From positions 992,001 through 1,056,000 of the forward strand of contig NW_027117338.1 in NCBI RefSeq assembly GCF_038025025.1: DNA of 64,000 nucleotides. Reading direction: 5' to 3'. Numbering within the stretch: the stretch's first letter is position 1; each line of letters opens with the position of its first letter. Source of the stretch: Phyllosticta citribraziliensis. Taxonomy: Eukaryota. The notes under the pieces are model-generated. The model searched no databases. It was given only the letters and a program-made list of their open reading frames with translations, and was not told the DNA's origin. Shown in pieces: positions 36,028 to 47,369 of this stretch. A program made the translations under genes and the position numbers.

Positions 36028-37617
36028 ATGCTGAAGATACCCGGCGTGGCATCTGCGACATTATCTCGACACAGCCTTCGAAGTCTTGAACGACGGCTTC
36101 TCATCCCGCACCATGGCATCGTGTTCCAACGAGCCAACTCCAAGTCACCTCAACTTGCGAAGACACGATTAGAGCGAAGGGGATTCGAATTACCAAAACG
36201 CAGCACTGGCTTCGTAGGACAATCAAAACGAAAAGTCAGGACACCTGAGGTTGTGGAGAAAAGACAAGCGCGAAAGTTGAAGAAAAGGGAGCGGGAGGCC
36301 CAATCAGCGCGGGACCGGCAGACACGATCAGAATCACCTGGACATAGGAAAACGAGAGAGTCAGAAAGAGTTGATCTACCAAAACACAGCACTGGCCCCG
36401 TTGCAGGATCAAAATCGAAGGTCACGGCACCTGAGGTTCCGGAGAAAACACAAACACAAAGGTCGAAGAAGCGGGAGCGGGAGGTTCAAAAGTCGACGAA
36501 GCAATCAGTCCAGGGCCGGCAGACACGATCAGAATCATCTGGACATGGGAAAATGAGTGAGGCAGAAGGTTTCAATGTGCCAATCAGACGTGTCAATGGG
36601 GAAATTTTTGGAAGACATAAATTACTCGAACAAGGGTTAGATGTAGATGTGCCAATTCGCCAACTCGACCCATACTGGAAGAAAGACCCCCCTCAGAGTA
36701 CACGGCTCGGACATATACGAAATCCCGATTTCCCAAGACCCAACGAGCCGCACTTTTACGTCGACACAGCTCCACCTTCCGATGATCAGCTGCGAGATGC
36801 CCGACCGTTCTTCCTAAACACGATTCCCAAGTTCGCCTTTTCATGCAGCCACTTCGCCGACTTTCCAAAGAGCGACGTCCCCGAATTCGCCTTCATCGGC
36901 CGCAGCAACGTGGGGAAAAGCAGCCTGTTGAACGCCCTATTCTACGGTCACTCTTACAACAAGCAGCAGGAAAAGGAGCTGGCAAGAGTTGGGGCACGCG
37001 CAGGACTGACGAAGCTCATGAATGTCTTTCTGGCGGGCGACATAGACGGCGGCACCGAGATCAAACAACACAATGGAAAAAAGAGGACAGAGCGGTGGAT
37101 CAGGGCCGGACGCGGTATTGCCATTGTTGACATGCCTGGTTACGGCTTTGGAAGTCACGATTCCCAAGGCGAAGAGATAATCAAGTACCTGTCGCGGCGA
37201 ACACAACTGCGGCGGACTTTTGTTCTGATCAACGGCGAACACGGGCCGACGAATCTCGACTTGGAAATGTTCAAAATCATGGCGCAGGCGGGAATATCGT
37301 ACCAGATAGTCTTGACCAAGACGGACAAGTGCTTGAGCCCGGGGAATGATATCCCCTCGGTCATCCGGCTCAGATACGGGCTGGAGCTGTTGCAACGGAC
37401 CAAGTCACAGCTTGACGAGATGGTCAAGCCGCCTCTGAGAGACGTCCTGTGCGTCAGTGCGGAAAAGTCCCTCTACTCGGAAGGACGATCCAAGAATGAT
37501 ATGATTGGCATGAATGCGCTGCGCTTGGCCATGTTGCAAGCTGCCTCGATGGCCCGGGAAGAACCCCTTCCACTACCCATCGCCAAGATTGACCCAAAGG
37601 AAAATATGAGGAAATAG
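36028..37617 (+). CDS. EngB/YihA-family GTPase, probably mitochondrial (Mrx8/GTPBP8-like)
   Basis: G1 GRSNVGKSS, G2 AGLTK, G3 DMPGYG, G4 TKTD, G5 VSA; Arg/Ser/Leu-rich N-terminus; head-to-head with FMC1. Confidence 0.88.
   Translation: MLKIPGVASATLSRHSLRSLERRLLIPHHGIVFQRANSKSPQLAKTRLERRGFELPKRSTGFVGQSKRKVRTPEVVEKRQARKLKKREREAQSARDRQTRSESPGHRKTRESERVDLPKHSTGPVAGSKSKVTAPEVPEKTQTQRSKKREREVQKSTKQSVQGRQTRSESSGHGKMSEAEGFNVPIRRVNGEIFGRHKLLEQGLDVDVPIRQLDPYWKKDPPQSTRLGHIRNPDFPRPNEPHFYVDTAPPSDDQLRDARPFFLNTIPKFAFSCSHFADFPKSDVPEFAFIGRSNVGKSSLLNALFYGHSYNKQQEKELARVGARAGLTKLMNVFLAGDIDGGTEIKQHNGKKRTERWIRAGRGIAIVDMPGYGFGSHDSQGEEIIKYLSRRTQLRRTFVLINGEHGPTNLDLEMFKIMAQAGISYQIVLTKTDKCLSPGNDIPSVIRLRYGLELLQRTKSQLDEMVKPPLRDVLCVSAEKSLYSEGRSKNDMIGMNALRLAMLQAASMAREEPLPLPIAKIDPKENMRK
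36191..36578 (+). repeat. Intragenic tandem duplication (~186-200 nt unit) in the EngB N-terminal extension
   Basis: TACCAAAAC(G/A)CAGCACTGGC at 36191 and 36377; both units contain CACCTGAGGTT, GGGAGCGGGAGG and CCGGCAGACACGATCAGAATCA. Confidence 0.9.
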
Positions 37618-38081
37618 AAAAGAAAACTCCCGGTCGAAAATAAGGGAAAAAGATTTGAGCAAAAGCACCTCCGAGAGGAGATCAGGAAGAGGCGATTGGA
37701 GGTCATCAAGCAGAGAATGCAAGACTTGCAGATGATACAGGAAAGGAGAAAGGCAGAGGAGGGGCAGAGTCAATAATGGTAGCACCTTGCCGATCAGATA
37801 TTGGAACTCATCAAGTTGAGTGGAAAACCTCGACCAGAAAATGGAGGAGGATTGGATGGAGAAGGTCGAGGAGGAACCAGGGAAGATCGCTTCAAAGATA
37901 CAACAAACCCCATCCGCTGAGAATACACGACTAACAGCCACTCCACGCCTAGAGGTTGGCTCGCCCACCTGTTGTCCGACTCGAGCCAACACTGTAACAT
38001 TCCTCTTGTCTCAATCCAGATTGACGTGGAGTCAGAAGATGATATCGAGGAAATGTTGGAAAGCGACGTCTACATTCCGCT

Positions 38082-38947
38082 CTATGAAGCTGGCTTTGGA
38101 GAATAAACAATGCCCTTTGCTGGACACGTACTGGCATAAGTCGTGTTGGTTGGGACATATGTTCCATGAGGCACTCTCCCAGCCAGGTGGTAGTAGTACC
38201 ACAGCTCATTGAGGATGTTTCCCGTGCATCCAATGTGTGGCAAATAGCCGCCTGTTGCTCGGACAAAGCAAGCCTCAATATCTGCCAGAGCATACGTCGT
38301 GCTGTTTGAAGGAAAGATGCCACAAGCTGTGAGGTATTCCTCGCTTGGCAATTGCTTGAAGAGGGACACCGCTTCATTGAGGAATTGGACAAGCTCGAGA
38401 TGCTTTGTATAGTTGGAATAGCACGATGGTCTGATGGTAGACATGCATGTGCCGTGTTTGGCCCACTCGTGCTCCCACAACTCCTCGTCTGTGCCGTTTG
38501 TTGTGGTGATCACCGGGTCATTCTGAGAGCAAGCTTAGTTCGCAGCACTACAAATAAGGACTTCATCCCACGCACTCTCCAGTAGACACGCATGTAATCG
38601 ATGAGGCTCTGTTGGTCGTAATCTTCCAGTATTGCCGCCATGTCCGTGTAGTTCCTCGAATTGTCACACGAAGCAGGGTAGCTCCCATTGCAATAATCAT
38701 TCCACAACCCGTGAAGCGTCCATGTGTTTTCCGGGCCCCCAGCTGTCGCAGAATACAACTGGGTCAGCAGCAGTAGCCCGCCGGGAGACTCGACGCAGCA
38801 CGTATCCGTTGTCAGGCTGTCCGATGAGCATGAAAGAACGCCCAGATCATGTTTTGAGCAGGCGCCAGAGGTGTGAGGCGCGTTGAGGCGTGCGGCTGAG
38901 AGGGAAATGTAGGCTGCTGCGCCCAGAATCAGATGAAGGATCGCCAT
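38082..38947 (-). CDS. Secreted ribonuclease T2, ~270 aa, 2 exons
   Basis: Exons 38947-38576 and 38522-38082; signal peptide; DTCC..SPGG, CAS I WTLHGLW, CAS II WEHEWAKHGTC; TATA-like TTATAA at ~39000. Confidence 0.92.
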
Positions 38948-39045
38948 GGTGGGAGGAGAGCACACTGGGAGGCGGAGGACGCCATTGTACCTGGCTGCGT
39001 TATAAGCATCTCGTGCGGGCAGTGGAGGGGGCGCTGGCAGATGTC

Positions 39046-39086
39046 AGGTACGTCTTCAAGCGAGGTACGTCTTCAAGCGAGATACG
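39046..39086. repeat. Perfect 17-bp tandem duplication upstream of RNase T2
   Basis: AGGTACGTCTTCAAGCG x2 (39046-39079) plus partial AGATACG. Confidence 0.9.
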
Positions 39087-39500
39087 AGCAATTGTGAGCT
39101 TCTGATTTGGGAAAGTAAAGGCCGACGAGTTGATAGCTGCAGCAGGTCCGTGTCGAGTTGTGGAGTGCCCTGGAGTGGAGGTCGATGCAGGTGGCAGCTG
39201 GGCCCAGGGAGAGCCATGAGAGTCCGTGCTTTTGATGTCATAGGCAGGCAAACATCCACGCCTACCAACTTCTCCCTCCACGTCTCCATTGCCTCTATCG
39301 GCTCAGTCAGTAATGCGAATCGACTGACCTTTATCAATTCATCACTTGGACCACGACGTGTGCAGTCCTGCTGCTTCTTGGCATTCCATCGTCATTAAGG
39401 GTCAAGGAAAAGAAGAGGCAATATTTTTTTCTCGCTTCGCAGCTTCGCCAACTTACGGGTCTCATAACTTGTCGTGCCACACGGACTGGTTGCCGGAGTG

Positions 39501-41398
39501 ATGACGGCGATCGACGAGCCAAAGATCACCGAAGCAGATGTTGCTCGGCTGCTGGAGTGGTTCGTAAAACACGGCGGCTTCATCCATCCTAGTGTGAGGT
39601 TTGGCCAAGACAGCGCTGGCGGCATTTCCGCCTTTGCAACTGAGGATATCCCTGGACCTCCCCGGGGCGGCATCAAATTATGTGCCTGTCCGCCCAAACT
39701 TCAGCTCTCGCAACGTCAGGCTCCGCAGGTGCTGTGTGGTTTGCTACCAGAGCACGTCCTCGCAAACATTGCGCTCATTCACGAAGTATGCCGTGGAGAA
39801 GATTCGCTATGGGCACCTTACATCAAATGCTTGCCGAAAGCGGATCAGTTGACGACTCCCATTTACTTCAAAGAGGAGAGGACTCAGGTCGCAGCTCGTG
39901 AAAAAAGAAATGACACCGCCTGGCTGCTCGGGACGAATCTCGACAAAGCATGGCGCGCGAGAGAGACTCAATGGAAAGAAGAGTACCAACAGTCGCGTAG
40001 AGCCATGGAAATGAGTGGCATTCCATTGGCTGGATACTCATGGTGAGGCATGACAAGGGCGCCGGCCGAGCCATACAACATCTGGGCGAAATGAAAGCTA
40101 ACACATACATCAGGGACCTCTTCAAATGGGCCGCAACCATCTTCACCTCGAGATGCTTTCCTTCAGATCCTGGCTTTAGCAAAGCGAACAAGCAGTATCG
40201 CGTCCTCCTGCCGGTTGTCGATCTATTGAACCACAAGTTCCCTACAAGAGTCAACTGGTTCTTCGACAAGGGCTCATTCCAGCTCAGCTCGGAGGAGCCT
40301 CTGGTCCAAGGCCAAGCAATTTTCAACAACTATGGTGGAAAGGGAAACGAAGAGCGTCAGTTGACATTGTGCTTTTACGGTCTCGTTCACTGATTCTGGC
40401 AGTGCTTAACGGATACGGCTTCTGCATCCCCAACAATCCTTGCGATACTGTAGCGTTCAGATTCGGCCAACTTCCTCCGCCTGTGGTCGAAAAGATGACA
40501 AAGGCCTTCGGCAAATGTGAACCGGTCTTACACGTCCGAGGTCGCAACTTTTACGGTGGCCTCTATCCAGTGAACTTGGAAGATTATCCCAACGTCAAAG
40601 AGTCAGGTATTCCACAAGAACTTTGGGCTGTTATGGAGGCATTCAAGAAATTCGAATGCAATCGAGGTAGCGAAAGAGCAGTATGGCGGGACACCCTGTC
40701 TGCCAGGTGTGATTTGCTCGAACTACTCTCCACCAGGTACGACAACATCGACCAATGGGTCGACTTCCTTCAGCCTGAGCCTCTGAACGACAAGCAGCGA
40801 TATGCCAAGATGTACCGGGACGGCCAAATGACTATCTTGAGAGAAAACATTGAACAACTGGAAGAGCTTTTGCTTGAGGAGGACTTCTTCACACTTGAAG
40901 AGGCTCTCGAGGCCTTGCGAGTGGACAGCAACGAGGCTGTGCAGAAGTGGCAGCACCTGGCTAAGAGTGCCTTCGGAACGAAAACTCTGAGGAAGATTCG
41001 CGACAAAAATCTGGAAAAGGAAGGCTGGATGTTGTGGCTCTGTGTGGCTTGGCTATGCGCGAGTGAGTACCATTAGCTTTTGCTCAAGAGCTCCACTGAC
41101 TAGTGCCGCAGATGATTACGATTCCGAAAGACCTTCACGCATACGAGGGTGGATCAACGACTTGCTCGATTCACAGCCCTTCAACTCCGACTCTGACTGC
41201 TCCGACGACTCCGGCGAACAACCCGAACCACACGATATGTTCCAGCAGCTTGGCGTGGAAGCATGGGCGGACGACCGCGTTGGATGGGTCTTGTTCGAGT
41301 GGGCAACGCGGACGGCTAGAGCAGAGGCAAGAGTGCTCGATCTGCTAAATGATCATGAAAAGGCTGGCAAGATGGTGGTTTGTATGGAAGAAATGTGA
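39501..41398 (+). CDS. SET-domain lysine methyltransferase (Rubisco-LSMT/Rkm/Efm1-like), ~576 aa, 4 exons
   Basis: Exons 39501-40042, 40114-40355, 40403-41062, 41112-41398; WAPYIKCLP, FKWAATIFTSR, LLPVVDLLNH, FNNYGGKGNEELLNGYGF. Confidence 0.88.
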
Positions 41399-41738
41399 GG
41401 AACTCAGCCTCTTTCATCCATAAAAAGGCCCGGCGAGTAGCATTCTGGTAGTAAGCATGGTCTTCTTGCAACCATTTTTCATCTTGGCTCTGATGCCTCA
41501 GGCAATCTGCCTTGTTCTTTCCTCCTCTGCCCCCTTCCCTTTACCAGCCAGTTCTATATTGGGCGTTAGCGCGCCCACGCGCCTGTATATATTTGCACGT
41601 CCATTGACGCGCCGCCATCTCCACCGAACATCACAAATCATTTTGATTGAAAACCATTGCCTCGCCGCTCTTCGTAAGTTCTCCGCTCCCGTATCCAGAG
41701 GAGAACAACAATGACTACTTCATTAGCTTTCAATAAAA

Positions 41739-42242
41739 ATGATCATCCCCACCACCATCGTCGTCGCGATCGCTGCGGTTGGGGTCGTCGCGTTCCTCTT
41801 GGTGCTGACGGCTTTGCTCTGCGCTGGGTACACGCCCGCGTACTGCGTCTCCTCCGTTCGGAAGCGTCTCAAGGCCTTCCGTGACAAGCAACAAGGAGAC
41901 CCAGAACGCGGAGCCGTGGAGCCTGGCGTGGAGTTGCCCCAGTACCCTGGGCGCGCTGACTCCACCCAGCCTTCGTCACCATCCTCGCCGCCTCTCCCGC
42001 CGCAAGCGCGTCTCCCGTCCTCTCGCCTGCCGCCACCGTCTCCGCCGGCCCCAGACACACCAGTCTCCCGGTCTCGGGCAGCCAACTCACCTCGCCGGGC
42101 CTCGAGCCCTGTGCTCTCCATCATGTCGCCGCCGACGCCAACTTCAAGCGGCAGGGCTCGGCCGAGGCCGAGGCCGGTGAGGCCGGATACTGTGTTCTGG
42201 TGGCAGGGCGTGTCAAGTTACCAGAGACCCAGGCCACTGTGA
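41739..42242 (+). CDS. Small single-pass membrane protein with Pro/Ser-rich tail (hypothetical)
   Basis: N-terminal hydrophobic helix then basic RKRLK; TATATA at ~41586; candidate 5'UTR intron 41674-41726; AAAATG context. Confidence 0.6.
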   Translation: MIIPTTIVVAIAAVGVVAFLLVLTALLCAGYTPAYCVSSVRKRLKAFRDKQQGDPERGAVEPGVELPQYPGRADSTQPSSPSSPPLPPQARLPSSRLPPPSPPAPDTPVSRSRAANSPRRASSPVLSIMSPPTPTSSGRARPRPRPVRPDTVFWWQGVSSYQRPRPL

Positions 42243-42967
42243 GGGGAGGGGGTTGTCCTGGTGAGTTCCTCTCCGTTCTCTGATGGTACACGATGATCTC
42301 AGATGCCCTGTGCTCTTCTCCAGCGAGGTGTTGACTGTTCCCAGGATGCCTGTTTGTTATTCGGCCGGGTGCAGTACGGGGGGAGCCCATGGCCCCATCC
42401 TTTTTCTGTACAGGTAAGCCGCACCAGCATGAATGCTCCCCGTCGCAACGCACTAACTCCAGCTAGAAGGCTCCAAGGACGTGGGTCTGCGTTTTGCGGC
42501 CACGCGAAATCTGCCCTGTGAGCAGCAGGTAAGAATGCCAATGTCAATAAACAGAAGAGGCAAGCTGCTAATGGTATGTTCAGAAGCAAGCAGTCAAGGT
42601 GGGAATGAAATGGAGTGGTATTCAGTGGCCAAGCTCCTCCCAATGTGCAAGTTCGTCGTTGTTCCCCAAGATAGCCTGGGATCGCCTGTTCAACGTCCCT
42701 AATGAAATGACTCCCGTTGCCATTGATGGAACTGTGATGCAATTGATGTGTACCAAGTAGTTGAGGAAATCTATATGGTGTTGACGCCGTCGTGGTCGCC
42801 AGCCAGTGATTTGGCTTGGATTACGCTTACATAAAGGGCCTAGCGCGAATTTCCAAAGCTTCCGGCCGACTCGACGATTCTTCCCGAACCAGCGTCGCCC
42901 TCGCCTTCAAGCCCACCAGCCCACCGCTCCAACGATCCTCACGGCAACCGCATCCCAATCGTTCAAG

Positions 42968-43748
42968 ATGGGTCTCGCAGACTTCTTTTCCGACGTCTAC
43001 TCCACCCTGGCCGGCCAGCCCGTCGAGGCCGAGGCCCCAGCCTCCGAGGAACAGGACACTCAGGACCAGGGTACGTACAACAGAGGGAGTGCCGAGCAGA
43101 GAGGTGCGGGTGTTCGCGGTGGTGCGAGCACCCAAAGCCCCGCTTCGCAGAGCCAGGAGAGTCCCCAGGAGGCCGAAGCAAATCGCATGGATTCCAAGAA
43201 GAACGATACTAAGGGAGCAGACACTTCCAAGGACGAGCCCGCCGAGGAGGAACCCGCCGAGGAGGAGCCCGCCGAGGAGGAGGAAGAAGAGGAGGAGGAG
43301 GAGCCTGAGGACATCAAGCCCAAGCTCGAGGAGGGTAAGTTGCTACAACAATCCTGGGAGGCACCCAGCCTGCGCCTCTCACTTGGCTTCCACTTGGACG
43401 TCATTGAAGCGCGATTGGCAACCTCGAATCCGCAAAAAGAGCAGGGCAGTGACTGACAATCTTTACAGAGTGCGCCAACTCCAAGGAATGCGCCCCCGCC
43501 AAGCACCACTACGAGCACTGCGTCGAGCGCGTCCAGAAGCAGGAGGAGGAGAATGGCAAGGCAGAGGAGGATTGCGTCGAGGAGTGTAAGAATCCCCACG
43601 CGCTGCCGGAGGAACACAGCCAATCTCGCTGGCGTTTGGTGTCTCGGCCAATGGCAAAGCCGCAATACTAATGATGTAAACAGTCTTCCACCTTGTCCAC
43701 TGCGCAAACCAGTGCGCCGCCCCCAAGCTCTTCGCTGCCCTCAAGTAA
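42968..43748 (+). CDS. QCR6: Cytochrome b-c1 complex hinge subunit 6
   Basis: Exons 42968-43334, 43469-43585, 43684-43748 (optional intron 43071-43220); acidic N-terminus; ECANSKECAPAKHHYEHCVERV...EDCVEEFFHLVHCANQCAAPKLF. Confidence 0.95.
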
Positions 43749-44193
43749 ACGCACCTCGCCGAGAATCGATGCGATCCCTTTCCCTTTCGACGACGATGGC
43801 GGCGAAAAATCCGAGATCAACCCGACAAGCCTGTGTACGCTCGAGCCCCTCCGGGCCTCCGATAGACGACCGAAAAAGACGGCGTACCTGTACAGCTCTT
43901 CTTTCCCGAATCCCAGCATGTATATTACGAGAAGGTGTTAGCAGATCAATAGAGCAGAATCTGCTGCGAATGGCATAGAGATTTCACGTATTGTCATGTT
44001 TCGCTTGTCGAGTGCAACCGCCGTGGCCAGGTCATGATGAGTACCACTTTCATTTCTCAAACTTTTGGGATGTTGCTCAGCTATGACCGCTCCTTATGCC
44101 GTACCGTTGATGTCTGACAAATAGCAAATGGGGAATATTCAGGTATACGCAAAACGAAAAGCCCTCAAAACGCCAATGATCTGCACCTATGCT

Positions 44194-45891
44194 TCATGCG
44201 TTTTCCACGACATCGCCATGCGTGCTCGCAACCCGGATTCCCTCGCGCTGGACCCCATCGGCCTCGACCCTGCCTTCCCTCCTCGACTCGCCGAATCCCA
44301 GGCTCTTGACGCCCAAAAGCAGCGGCGCAGGCAGTACCGCCAGCGCTACAACAGCCTCGAATATGAGAGCTTTCCACATGCTGCCAGGCGGTCTCCACCC
44401 CGTGCTTGTCTTGCCCTTTTGCTGGCAATCATCCGTGTTCGGACAGCCCGGCTCTTTCAATGCGTCCATGATGACAATGAAGATGCCACCCAGAAGCTGA
44501 CCGCCGGCCCAGCACAGCGTCGAGCCAATCTCAGGCGACGCAGGCCATGTCATCTCAACGAGGTATTCCAACACGATGGGAACGAGCGCAAAAGACGAGG
44601 CGCCCAGCAGCGCGGCGATGATGAACGGCGCGGCTTCGCTGCGGGTCGGCGGCGCAAAGATAAACGCAATGTAGCAAGCCACCACGACGGGACACAGCAC
44701 CTTAATGACCAAGATGTAGGGCTTTGGATGGCGGCGGTCGATGAGTGGCGACAGCAGCGCGCTGAACAGCAGACCGACAAAGATCAGAAGCGCGCCGCAG
44801 ATGCCGGCGTCGGTCTCGGAGAAGCCGTACGGGTACAGTATCTGGTTGAGTAGGGAAGAGAAGGCGTTGAAGAAGCCGACGTAGACGGCGAAGGGGGCGA
44901 AGACGAGGTAAAAGGAGCGCGAGCGCGCGATCAAGCGCAGACTCTCGGCCAGCGTCGTTTGCGGAAATGACGACGACGCGCTGGCCGGCGTTGGCGGCGC
45001 CGCGGGGATGAAGAAGGACGGCAGCGCCGCCGCGGTCGACAGGATGGCCGTATACAGCACCATGTCGGGCACGTCGCGCGGCTTGCTGACCCACATGGAA
45101 TTCACCAGCTGGCCCAGCGCCGCGCCCAAGGGGTTCGACAGGCTGGCCACGGCCGTCGCGGAGATGCGGCCCTGCTCGGTGAACCAGAGGTCAGAGAAGC
45201 GCGTCGGCGCTGCCAGCACGAAGGGTTGCGCCAGCCCAATCATGATCTGCCCGACCATGACGGCGCCGTACTTGCCGCTTGTGGCGCGCGCTCCTGCATA
45301 CCGGATCCAGGAGCCCACGAGCGTCAGGGCAGAGGCGACGAGGATGGCGGGCTTGGGGCCGCGATGGAGGATGGGCATGGTTACACTGCAGCCGTGTGTC
45401 AGCGCGTGGTTGAGCATGGGGGTGCCAAAATGGGAAGGAGGGCGGGTGATGGCTGCATATTGAGTGGACTTACGGGACGGCCGCGATAAATGCGAAGAGA
45501 AAGGCGATGCTTAGCCAGTTGATGACGGATTCAGAGACCTGAAAGAATTGGGCGGCGTCTGTTGAGACGGCGGAGAATGACAACCACTGCGTCGCGCATC
45601 AGTGATCTGGTCTTTGAGAGATGTTTAGGTTGATAGGGTGCTTACATCCCAGCTGATAACGATGTTCAGCAGAACGAGTTGAGCCAGTCCGAACCATCGT
45701 CGTTTGTACACACGGTAGACAACCTGTGAGCCATGCGACTGAATTCTGTCAAGGTCTTGGTGTTGATGATTGTCGACATGGTTATGATTATGGCCATCCT
45801 GACTCGCGTTAGACGAGAGTTGCTGTTGCGTCACCTCGCGAACCATGTCGGTCTTGTCGAGGGCCGGGAGCTCACGACGAGGTTGGTCCAT
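44194..45891 (-). CDS. MFS transporter, FLVCR/SLC49-like, ~516 aa, 3 exons
   Basis: Exons 45891-45646, 45586-45474, 45385-44194; YRVYKRRWFGL, GQIMIGLAQPF, PTRFSDLWF, PPTPAS. Confidence 0.88.
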
Positions 45892-46860
45892 GGCCGCGTG
45901 CTGGGCTCTCCGTCGACGTCGGAGCTGGGGAGAGGAGAGAGGAGAGGGCGCGTCTCAACACCAGCCAGCGCAACGGCGGGCCCGCCGCAGGTTAAGAAAC
46001 CCGGCATAGCGTCTTATGGACAGTAATCTGGCAGAGTTTCCCGTCCCTGTTTGAGTCTGGTTGACCAATGGTTGCCGTGTGCGCATAAAGGGCCCTGCGC
46101 GCCTTGTCCTGGGTTGTTGGAGGATGGCGGGAAGCTCCTCACGCTGGAACCAACGCTCCTCGGTTCGTGGGGGCAGTTGTGGCGCGGGGCTGAGGTGGGC
46201 AACGAATTGCGCGTGCTGATGTCACAAGCCTTCGGCTCTCGACTCGTCGGCTGCGTCGTCTCTAACGCGACTTGGCTAGTTTGCATCACCTCCAAAGTCC
46301 GCCTTGCCCAGACTGTCAACCTCTTTGTCTTGGCCCAATCTCTCTTTTCAGCGTTTGGTGCTTTTGGCCCTGCAGCCGTCTTCTTTGGGTGTCATCAAGG
46401 ATCCTCTCGCCCAAGGCGTTGCCAAGCACACCATATAGGCGCGGCTATAGCCAGAGCTACTCCTCCGCAATATGCCAGCGTCTGCGCTTAAGGTTGCCTC
46501 GGTCTTTTTCACGAATCCGATGCTGAGCGAGCACGAGAATCCTTCCCGCCTCGAGCCTATCGTAATCCCTGGGGCTCATAGTGATAGTGCGGGTTAATCT
46601 TTCCTGCCTTTCTTTGAAAATTAGCTTGACTTCATGCAGGATCGACATGTAAGAACTGACATTACGCACCACTCTACTGTGATTCGAGTTCATTGAATCT
46701 CCCGTGGCGCGCTTGCCAGCACCGTCGAGGCTAGAAACATCGATTCAACGAGGAAAACTGGAGAGCTGAACCTGAGTAGATTTGCGGCATAACTGGCCAT
46801 CATGTTGGAGAGGTACAGTCTCCTTTGATCTGGTGCCCGCTGATAGCCGGCCTGCCAAAA

Positions 46861-46886
46861 GAGTCAGTCATGAGAGTCAGTCATGA
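46861..46886. repeat. 13-bp tandem duplication GAGTCAGTCATGA x2
   Basis: Direct read; each unit contains TGACTC on the minus strand. Confidence 0.85.
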
Positions 46887-47200
46887 ACCTTCGAAGAATG
46901 CTGCATGACTGAGTGGGTGCTCACAACTTGCTGGTCTCAACGGCAGCACGATGATGGGGCAAGAACCCATCGAAATCTGTACAGAATTTCTTCGGCAAGC
47001 CCAAGTGCCATGCGATTCGAGATGTTGGGGGAGGCGATGTCTGTTTAGGTTGCCTGCAGCTTCAGGCATGATGCTCAAGCCCCACTCTGATTGGCTGCAG
47101 GCGGACCACCCAGGTTTCCTTTTTGGGACGTTCTTTCTCTCCATCAACCACCTACAACCCACGCCTTTAAAATATCTCCACCGGCCGGACTGGACCTCCC

Positions 47201-47244
47201 CTCTTCATCACCTCTTCATCACCTCTCCATCACCTCTCCATCAC
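47201..47244 (+). repeat. 11-bp minisatellite CTCT(T/C)CATCAC x4 in the leader of the dynamin-like gene
   Basis: Units at 47201, 47212, 47223, 47234. Confidence 0.9.
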
Positions 47245-47369
47245 ACTCCACCCACAGTGTTCTCCTTCAACCTTCATCCTTCATCGACCTTTCACTCACC
47301 CATACAAAGCTCGCTGCCTCTGTCCTTCTTGCTCGTCAACCATCAACGCCGCGGCCTAGTCTCTTCAAC

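Noticed and set aside
43335..43683. Longer QCR6 introns (134 and 98 nt) as snoRNA hosts
   Set aside because: No C/D pair with an rRNA guide and no H/ACA layout visible.
46014..46700. Short ORFs on both strands upstream of the FLVCR-like MFS gene
   Set aside because: Cannot be joined into a coherent gene; at most a relic, with no support from sequence alone.
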